IMG/VR virus record: IMGVR_UViG_3300032516_005551
Coordinates: 1 to 63,122 of that record
Strand: one strand, 5' to 3'
Length of the DNA stretch: 63,122 bases
DNA from: a virus
Taxonomy: Duplodnaviria; Caudoviricetes
Shown here: positions 56,725 through 63,122 of the stretch, piece by piece
Layout: each line of letters starts with the position of its first letter
Numbering within the stretch: position 1 is the first letter of the stretch
Translations under genes and position numbers: made by a program
The notes under the pieces: generated by a model
What the model was told of the DNA's origin: nothing
The model's database searches: none
The model's input: only the letters and a program-made list of their open reading frames with translations

Positions 56725-57603
56725 ATGTTTTATCCACCTACAAAAGGAGAGGATGAATTGAAAAATAAACTGTTCGCCAAAAGTCAAGGATTTAATGGGA
56801 AAATAATGGTGGTAGCGGTATCAGATTTACATGTGAATTCAACAATAGGGTTGTGTCCCCCAAATGTTCAATTAGACGATGGGGGTACGTATACACCATC
56901 GAAACCACAAAGAGTATTATGGGAGGCCTGGCTAGATTTTTGTGAGAAGGCGCATTCTACCAAAATTCCTGTTTATGTAATATTAAATGGGGATTTGGTT
57001 GAAGCCGATGGATTCAAAAGTCTTCAGTATGTTTCGAAGAATACTTCGACCATTCATGATATGGCCATGACCGTACTTGCTCCTCTGACAGATAAGGCAA
57101 AGAAGGTTTTTGTTGTGCGTGGAACGGAATACCATGTGGGGCAAAGTTCGCCATCTGAAGAAAAGATAGCCAAGGATTTGTTGAACATTGTTCCTTATGA
57201 CAAGAAGGGTACTTATTCGTGGTGGTATCTCAGGACAAAAATAGCGGGAGTAAGTTTTGATGTTGCTCATCATGTATCCATGGGATATATGCCCTGGACA
57301 GAAAAGAACGCTGCCAACCGAATAGCCGTTCAACTTATGTATGAATACGCAGAGTGGGGGGAGCCGTACCCACAAATAGCACTCAGGGCACACATGCACA
57401 GGCTGTCAGACAGCGGACTCAATTTCCCAATTCATGCTTTCGTTATGCCGTGTTGGTGCATGAAATCTGCTTTTACACACAGGATCGGGCGTGGGAACGA
57501 TATGCCCAAAATCGGCGGCCTGATAATAACCTGTGAGAAAGGAAAGGCTGATGTTGAGGCGATCATGTATAAACCATATCGAGATGATGTGAGGACAGAA
57601 TGA
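56725..57603 (+). CDS. Calcineurin-like metallophosphoesterase
   Basis: SDLH, NGDLVE, RGTEYH, AHH and AHMH motifs; the start may be at 56758. Confidence 0.75.
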   Translation: MFYPPTKGEDELKNKLFAKSQGFNGKIMVVAVSDLHVNSTIGLCPPNVQLDDGGTYTPSKPQRVLWEAWLDFCEKAHSTKIPVYVILNGDLVEADGFKSLQYVSKNTSTIHDMAMTVLAPLTDKAKKVFVVRGTEYHVGQSSPSEEKIAKDLLNIVPYDKKGTYSWWYLRTKIAGVSFDVAHHVSMGYMPWTEKNAANRIAVQLMYEYAEWGEPYPQIALRAHMHRLSDSGLNFPIHAFVMPCWCMKSAFTHRIGRGNDMPKIGGLIITCEKGKADVEAIMYKPYRDDVRTE

Positions 57604-57848
57604 CAAAGATAATTGAAAAATCCCTGGGCATTTCGGAAAACGAACTGTTGAATGAATTAGTGAAAGAATATTCTGTTTGCAAACGTATGCCCGGGGACGT
57701 ATCAGCAAAGGATATGGCAAAGGCAACAGGGTGGTCGGAAAACTGGTGTGGTGAATTACTTCGACAGAAATACCTGGATGGAAAATTATTACGGATAAGG
57801 GTTATTGGAGAAAACAAACAACCCATAGTTGTATACAGGAAACCATGA
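57600..57848 (+). CDS. Small winged-HTH protein
   Basis: SAKDMAKATGWSE helix-turn-helix. Confidence 0.55.
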   Translation: MTKIIEKSLGISENELLNELVKEYSVCKRMPGDVSAKDMAKATGWSENWCGELLRQKYLDGKLLRIRVIGENKQPIVVYRKP

Positions 57849-57890
57849 TATTATGATCTCCCCGTTATAAAACGGTGAAAAGGAAGCAAC

Positions 57891-58445
57891 ATGGAAGAAG
57901 AGTTTCAGCGTGGGGATGAACTTGCAACTGCGGGTGATCGAGTGGCCCTTGAATATGGGTGGTGGGCGAATGGGTGGTTGGGAGAAGAGTCCAAACTCTC
58001 AAAGGCAGATCCAGAATCACGGGCCGCCTTTTCCTATGCGCTGACCATCCTGGAGAAGCGCCACGGCAGATACCTATCCCGCTCCCAGATCACGGATCGG
58101 ATCAGGATAGGACGGGCCTTTCCTGAAGAGGAGTACAAGGACCTGGTTGCGGAATTGCATTACTCCTTCACCTTTTCTCAATTGCGGGCTGCATACATCC
58201 GGGATGACAAAGAAGCGACCATGGACTTGCTTTTATGGGCCGCAGAGAATGATGCCGAGCCCTTGCAAATAAACGAGAAAAAAATGGGGGCCGTGGTAGA
58301 GACAGACGAGGATCGGGCATGGCGTCACCTGGTAGAGTGGGCCTCCAAATATCTGCTGCGCTGCGGGGACGCTAAAGGAGAACGGTCCCGGGTTTCCAAA
58401 GACGTAATGGAAGTGGATAAAAATGAACAAGCCAAAAAGTATTAA
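57891..58445 (+). CDS. Hypothetical protein
   Basis: AAGGAAG RBS preceded by the palindromic operator-like site. Confidence 0.6.
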   Translation: MEEEFQRGDELATAGDRVALEYGWWANGWLGEESKLSKADPESRAAFSYALTILEKRHGRYLSRSQITDRIRIGRAFPEEEYKDLVAELHYSFTFSQLRAAYIRDDKEATMDLLLWAAENDAEPLQINEKKMGAVVETDEDRAWRHLVEWASKYLLRCGDAKGERSRVSKDVMEVDKNEQAKKY

Positions 58446-58713
58446 AAGTTTTTTTTCAATTGATGAGAATATGAAGAAGGAACTACAAGCCATAGGATTC
58501 ATGAAATATGGACGAGGTTTTATTTCTCCTCCTGCCCGATATTTCATTCAGGAAGGGATCAATAATTTCAAGGCTTCCCTGACTGACAAGGATCTCAAGA
58601 TATACAATCAAATTTTTGAGAATGTTCAGATAGGATCCATATATAAAACCTGCGGGGGAAAACGACCACATCATCAAAAATATGTCAAGAAAAAGGAACG
58701 AGGTGGAGTATGA
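58423..58713 (+). CDS. Hypothetical protein (RHH-like)
   Basis: FFSIDE..KKEL...ARYFIQEGI. Confidence 0.45.
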   Translation: MNKPKSIKSFFSIDENMKKELQAIGFMKYGRGFISPPARYFIQEGINNFKASLTDKDLKIYNQIFENVQIGSIYKTCGGKRPHHQKYVKKKERGGV

Positions 58714-58875
58714 AACTGTCTACGTTCGTAGCTTCCCTGGCATGGACCTCTATATTTATTGAAACCTGGTTGTGGCTGCTGGGCTCCGTGTATATGGACG
58801 GGCTGCGCTCCACATTGTACGTCCTGTTCTGGATACTGGCATTACTTTCCGGGGCATGGTCCTTATCATATAGAC

Positions 58876-58903
58876 AAAAACCCCGGTGATGAGCCGGGGT
58901 TTC
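58876..58903. terminator. Bidirectional terminator
   Basis: AAAAACCCCGG-loop-CCGGGGTTT between convergent genes. Confidence 0.75.
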
Positions 58904-58907
58904 TTAT

Positions 58908-59879
58908 TTATTCTATCTCTTTCCGCCTATGATAAGGGATATGCAGCAGGGTGGCGCCCATCTGCTGCACTCGATCACTACGCCGATCATAGATTTGAGT
59001 AGTAGAAAGAGAGCTGTGCCCCATGAGTTTGGATGCGGTCGAGATATCCACGCCAGCATCGAGCAGCGAGGAGCAGAACGATCTCCGCAGAGAATGGGGG
59101 CTGAATGACTCCAGGCCACAAGCACCCGCCCGCTTTACCACGGTGTTATACACGAACTGGGGGGAGAGCCGGTGATCGTGTCTGACCTTACCCGAACTGT
59201 TCACGGCCAAGAACAACGGGCCGGGCTGCGCTCCTCGAACAACCAACCAATCGTTCAGTGCATCCAGGGTGCCATTGGTTATATAGGCGAGCCTGTCTTT
59301 TCCTCGTTTGCCATGGACGGTCAAGGTACCGTCTGCGGGCCGGTAGTCTGAGAAATCCAGGCCTACCAGCTCCTCGCGTCGCAGGCCGCACCCGTAAAGG
59401 ATTGCGAACAGGGCCGCGTCCCGGGCTCCGTTGGGGGTTTTGTCTGCCACACAGCAGGCGAACACCTTCTCCATTTCATCCACTGTCACAAGCCTTCCGG
59501 CAGGCAGCGAGCTTCCGCTGACCTTTCCCAGGTCAATAGCCTTGGCGTACTCCTCGGCGCCGATTTGCCCGAGCTTCCAGGCTGCCCGCATCGTACCGCG
59601 CAGGGCACACAGAAATTTGCGGGCTGATGCGGGGCCGTATCCAGATTCCTGGATCCTGGATTTTATGGCGATGCAATGAGCATAGCGGAGTGCCCCCCAC
59701 TCCACCGCCCCCAGGGTGCCCCCCAGCCATCCGGCGATCACGGTAAGGACCTGCTTCTGGGTATTCCGCCCTGACTTGGCGGACAGACTCGCCAGGTAGA
59801 TAAATGCGGGGTTTTGAGCAGGCGGCCTTGGGATAGCCGTTAATACCTGAGGACCTTCGACTCTGATAATTTCGTTCAT
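58908..59879 (-). CDS. Tyrosine recombinase/integrase
   Basis: Catalytic residues in GLRREE (R), HGK (K), HSLRR, MGH and TTQIYD (Y). Confidence 0.9.
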   Translation of the reverse strand: MNEIIRVEGPQVLTAIPRPPAQNPAFIYLASLSAKSGRNTQKQVLTVIAGWLGGTLGAVEWGALRYAHCIAIKSRIQESGYGPASARKFLCALRGTMRAAWKLGQIGAEEYAKAIDLGKVSGSSLPAGRLVTVDEMEKVFACCVADKTPNGARDAALFAILYGCGLRREELVGLDFSDYRPADGTLTVHGKRGKDRLAYITNGTLDALNDWLVVRGAQPGPLFLAVNSSGKVRHDHRLSPQFVYNTVVKRAGACGLESFSPHSLRRSFCSSLLDAGVDISTASKLMGHSSLSTTQIYDRRSDRVQQMGATLLHIPYHRRKEIE

Positions 59880-59890
59880 TTCATTTCTCC

Positions 59891-60205
59891 TTATACATCA
59901 TTCAGGGGTGGGGCGAACGGTGAATCCGGGTCGCCTAGTTTGCGCTTCAGGGCAATTAGCTCGAGCTTCTTGATCTCGATCTGTATATCCTGGAGCATTA
60001 ATTGATTGCTTTTTATGCCCTGCACAATTTGACCGATCTCCCGGTCCTGTACCAACTTCTCGATCTTTGCGCGTTGCAGGGCTTCCTTTCTATTGCGCTC
60101 AACAGGTGCGATTAAAAACACTTCGCACAATCCCCGGATGCCAGCCAGGAACAGGTGAGACGATCGGTACTTATTGCGGGTGCGTTGGATCCTCACCCTT
60201 TTCAT
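59891..60205 (-). CDS. Hypothetical protein
   Basis: Coupled ORF with a coiled coil. Confidence 0.5.
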   Translation of the reverse strand: MKRVRIQRTRNKYRSSHLFLAGIRGLCEVFLIAPVERNRKEALQRAKIEKLVQDREIGQIVQGIKSNQLMLQDIQIEIKKLELIALKRKLGDPDSPFAPPLNDV

Positions 60206-60429
60206 CGGTTCCTCTCTATTTCAGCCAGGGCTTGCATAGCTTCATTCTCGTCGGAGCGAATATCCTTGGCCCATTTCAAGATATCGGATTCTGGGGCTGT
60301 GCACACCCAATCAATATGTTCATCAATGTTTGGCCAGCTATACTCACAAATAATATCGAAGTATGGCTTTAAGTCGGGGCTGTGCATAACACGGGCGCAG
60401 GCTTGGTTGGGGGGATAGTGGTTGGTCAT
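60202..60429 (-). CDS. Hypothetical protein
   Basis: GAGG RBS; coupled ORF. Confidence 0.55.
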   Translation of the reverse strand: MTNHYPPNQACARVMHSPDLKPYFDIICEYSWPNIDEHIDWVCTAPESDILKWAKDIRSDENEAMQALAEIERNR

Positions 60430-60430
60430 T

Positions 60431-60715
60431 TCATACCTCTTTCATTGTGTAGTTGGTCAGGTTGGCTAAAAAGTGCCGCTGTGAAGGGGCGCGGGATAGT
60501 ATTTCACCCGTGGGGGATTTTACAACCCGCGTGCATTTCTGATAAATATGTAGGAACGGGCGGCGATCCCCTACGCTCCGGGACCGTCTGATCAGCAGTT
60601 CTTCACCATTGGCAGGGTTGATGGCTGGGTATGCTGCTCCCCGTGTCCAGGTGCGCGGGTGTTGCGCCTCAAGTTTGATGATTAAATCCTTGATCTGTGC
60701 GGGTGTGTGTGTCAT
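60431..60715 (-). CDS. Hypothetical protein (MTHTPAQ...)
   Basis: GGAG RBS before the internal ATG of track ORF 60431..60838. Confidence 0.45.
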   Translation of the reverse strand: MTHTPAQIKDLIIKLEAQHPRTWTRGAAYPAINPANGEELLIRRSRSVGDRRPFLHIYQKCTRVVKSPTGEILSRAPSQRHFLANLTNYTMKEV

Positions 60716-60785
60716 TTTATATCTCCATGCCCGGTACAATGCCCCGGGCCGGGCGTAGGGTGATTGTCCGTTATAAAACGGTGGA

Positions 60786-61442
60786 TTAAAATGGTGCGGC
60801 GGGTTCGTCAGGCTGGGTGATAGGTTCTGGCCATTCAACCCGCATTGGCATTAATACCACTTCCCGCTGCCCATCAGTAATAAACATGGGGCGATCGTGG
60901 GCGCGCAGGGAGATATAAACTTCTTCCTGCATCCCTGCCAGGGCTTCAGCCAGGAAGCGGGGGTTAACTGCAATGTTTACATCGTCGCCCGTGTGCTGGT
61001 ATCCTGATTCAATATAGCCGGATGTTTCCCCGTTCTCTTCTGAAATGGCCTGATACTCCAGGCGTCCATTTACAGACAGGCGGAGGGGCGGGGTAAAATT
61101 ATCCTTCGCGCGTGGTCCCTTGCCGATTGCAATAGCCCGCAAGCATACCAGGATCAGGGCATCCCGGTTAATGGTGATCAGGATTTTATTGGCGTTGCAG
61201 TCAGCCAGGACCATTTGAAAGGATTGTAGAATCTTCTCGGGGGTCCACACAGGGTGATCTTCAGGGGCTGAAAATTGACGGGTTGTATCATGGTGCAGGC
61301 GGAATCCGTCGGCTGCCATATTCCCGTAAACTTCGGTCAGCCAAGCCCGGCCTTTATCCTTTGAGATGGCCAGTTTCAGCCATTTGTCAGAGTCAGGGGT
61401 CAGGATGCGGGCAATCTTCTCATAACAGGTTGATTGATTCAT
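60786..61442 (-). CDS. DNA polymerase III beta-clamp-like protein (truncated)
   Basis: ADGFRLH, IAVNPRFLAEAL, RPMFI and VVLMPMR match DnaN central and C-terminal motifs. Confidence 0.65.
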   Translation of the reverse strand: MNQSTCYEKIARILTPDSDKWLKLAISKDKGRAWLTEVYGNMAADGFRLHHDTTRQFSAPEDHPVWTPEKILQSFQMVLADCNANKILITINRDALILVCLRAIAIGKGPRAKDNFTPPLRLSVNGRLEYQAISEENGETSGYIESGYQHTGDDVNIAVNPRFLAEALAGMQEEVYISLRAHDRPMFITDGQREVVLMPMRVEWPEPITQPDEPAAPF

Positions 61443-61529
61443 TTTGTACTCCTCTCGTTATCCGGGTCAGGATTGACCACGGATTGACCCGGAGCAGGTC
61501 CTCCCGTGCTGCTCCGGGCGGATCCGGGG

Positions 61530-61778
61530 TTAATTGACTTCGTATTTTTGTGCAAGCTCGGCAAACTTACTGGCAGACACACGATTCTTTTTGTTACCTC
61601 CATCGATGTAATTCAGATGCTTGCCCGTGGTGGTGCTCCAGTCATTCTCGCGAACAATCAGGCCACTTTCCGGGGTGTGAAATGCAACCAGGGTTTTATA
61701 AGAAAAATACAGGGTTGCGCGGACTGTGCAAACTTCGGTGAAATTGAGGCGGTAGGTTGGGTGGTTTACGGTAGTCAT
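61530..61778 (-). CDS. Small early protein (SxTTxKH motif)
   Basis: FSYKTLVA and WSTTTGKHLN; strong RBS. Confidence 0.6.
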   Translation of the reverse strand: MTTVNHPTYRLNFTEVCTVRATLYFSYKTLVAFHTPESGLIVRENDWSTTTGKHLNYIDGGNKKNRVSASKFAELAQKYEVN

Positions 61779-61845
61779 TTTATATCTCCTCTCAAAGATA
61801 GGGGCTGGGACTGTGCTCCAGCGGGTGGGGTGGTACGTACTTACG

Positions 61846-61873
61846 ATTTTATCACGTTCTAGTAACTTGTCAA
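61846..61873 (-). promoter_or_regulatory. Sigma70-like promoter
   Basis: TTGACA-N16-TAAAAT with an extended TG. Confidence 0.7.
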
Positions 61874-61893
61874 GGGCTGGACGGTTCCCCGTT

Positions 61894-62187
61894 TTATAAC
61901 GGGCTGGCAGGGTTCAGGAATTCCCGGAGCTGATGCATGGCCATGCTTAACCCGGCTATGTCTGATCCAATGCTTTTATTCATCAGGCTGATTGAGGCGG
62001 CGACGGTGCCCGGGCTGCACACATCCAGGCAGGCGGGATTCTTTATCATGTAATCACACCCAAGCGGGCTGTGTGTCTCTTTGGCAATCCCAATAATAGC
62101 GGGCTGCTGGATATAATTATAGGCGCGCTCCAGGTTGCTCAAAATGGTATGGAGCTGCTTGTATTGCGTGTTTGTGAGTTTAGCCAT
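61894..62187 (-). CDS. Hypothetical early protein
   Basis: GAGAGAGGATAAAA RBS. Confidence 0.6.
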   Translation of the reverse strand: MAKLTNTQYKQLHTILSNLERAYNYIQQPAIIGIAKETHSPLGCDYMIKNPACLDVCSPGTVAASISLMNKSIGSDIAGLSMAMHQLREFLNPASPL

Positions 62188-62207
62188 GATTTTATCCTCT
62201 CTCTCTC

Positions 62208-62315
62208 TTAATAGGTCGGGGTGAACGTTCCCAGGACAACAGCTGGCGAGAACATAGCAAGGCGGTAAAGGCGGTGACGGGCTAAAAAGCGATAAAGTAG
62301 TACAAATAGTTTCAT
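62208..62315 (-). CDS. 35-aa microprotein ending MFSPAVVLGTFTPTY
   Basis: GGAGGTG RBS; shares its C-terminus with 62596..62721. Confidence 0.45.
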   Translation of the reverse strand: MKLFVLLYRFLARHRLYRLAMFSPAVVLGTFTPTY

Positions 62316-62578
62316 TTTACACCTCCCCGTGCCGATATCCCAATTACAATCCAATTACAGATTACAGCCTGATAATGTTCATCGGCTATTCGCTCTGCAA
62401 CTGGTTCCCAGAAGCAGAATCCCGAACATACTGATATATACCCGGTCCAGGATAGGGGATTAACCCCGGTTTTATGTTCCCATTCGGTAGGGGAAAAATA
62501 CCCTTGTTTATACTTCATGCCGGATAATTTTAATAATTCTGACATGTCGCGGCCATTATACGTTATTGGTTGTAGCAT
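62312..62578 (-). CDS. Hypothetical early protein
   Basis: Repeated GAGAGAGGATAAAATG RBS. Confidence 0.6.
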   Translation of the reverse strand: MLQPITYNGRDMSELLKLSGMKYKQGYFSPTEWEHKTGVNPLSWTGYISVCSGFCFWEPVAERIADEHYQAVICNWIVIGISARGGVK

Positions 62579-62595
62579 TTTATCCTCTCTCTCTC

Positions 62596-62721
62596 TTAAT
62601 AGATCCGGGGGAACGTTCCCAGGATAACAGCTGGCGAGAACATATCAGGCAAGAAACACCATAACCCAATATATACCAGTGCGAACATGATAATTACAGG
62701 CAAGTAACCCTTCGTATTCAT
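62596..62721 (-). CDS. 41-aa membrane microprotein ending MFSPAVILGTFPRIY
   Basis: Repeated RBS and a hydrophobic helix. Confidence 0.5.
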   Translation of the reverse strand: MNTKGYLPVIIMFALVYIGLWCFLPDMFSPAVILGTFPRIY

Positions 62722-62750
62722 TTTATCCTCTCTCTCATTCAAGTAACCCT

Positions 62751-63002
62751 TCATTGGCAAGATATAAAATATTCCTGATTCTTTCCAATGCACGCTGTAT
62801 CAGTAGATAATGTATACCCGTCGTGGTGAATCACCAGGATATGTTGAAGGTTACAAACCGCCCGCAAGAACCGTTTAATGCTTGCGCGTGTTGGAGTGTA
62901 TGTAATCAGCTTGCCAGTGTGCAAGTCATAAGACCGTGAATCTACCATGATCCTTGATTCATACGGGTGAATAACCTTAAGTGTATATCGTTTCGTATTC
63001 AT
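62751..63002 (-). CDS. Hypothetical early protein (MNTKRY...)
   Basis: Repeated RBS; first gene after the junction promoter. Confidence 0.55.
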   Translation of the reverse strand: MNTKRYTLKVIHPYESRIMVDSRSYDLHTGKLITYTPTRASIKRFLRAVCNLQHILVIHHDGYTLSTDTACIGKNQEYFISCQ

Positions 63003-63122
63003 TTTATCCTCTCTCTTGTCTACACCCGGCGAATACATCCCGGGATAGTTCTATATATACCAGTTATTAGATTAGTTGTCAAGGGTATAGGATATATTGA
63101 TTCTGCATATAGCACAGCCATA
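62996..63122. repeat. Terminal direct repeat, right copy
   Basis: Identical to 1-127. Confidence 0.95.

Overview
The window is best read as one complete, circular tailed-phage genome of about 62,995 bp. Bases 1-127 are repeated exactly at 62996-63122, which looks like an assembler overlap. The morphotype is probably siphovirus, and the host may be Chloroflexota/Anaerolineae (inferred from protein similarity recalled from memory, not from a search). The + strand arm (about 0.5-47.4 kb) carries small and large terminase (the large one with a LAGLIDADG intein), portal, protease/scaffold, major capsid, neck, tail and lysis genes. The mostly - strand arm (47.4-63 kb) carries a DNA methyltransferase, a DnaD-type initiator, a pentapeptide protein, a tyrosine recombinase, a beta-clamp-like protein and small early genes. 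The standout feature is about 20 sugar-biosynthesis and glycosylation genes interleaved with the head genes. They include 7 glycosyltransferase genes (about 9 GT domains), a heptose pathway (GmhA, HddA, a nucleotidyltransferase, and a receiver-like protein where GmhB would be expected), a 4,6-dehydratase, a His-type (ColD/RfbH-like) 3-dehydratase, a reductase, an epimerase, methyl- and acyltransferases and a deacetylase. These surround two very long Ser-Ala-Ser-Pro-Ser-Lys repeat proteins. Together they form a candidate self-contained virion glycosylation (phage glycocalyx) system. Also seen: several candidate structured RNAs or switches, a recurring 14-bp palindrome, a +1 frameshift site, a nested gene inside the methyltransferase, and intragenic iterons. 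All functional calls come from motif recognition by eye; no database searches were run.
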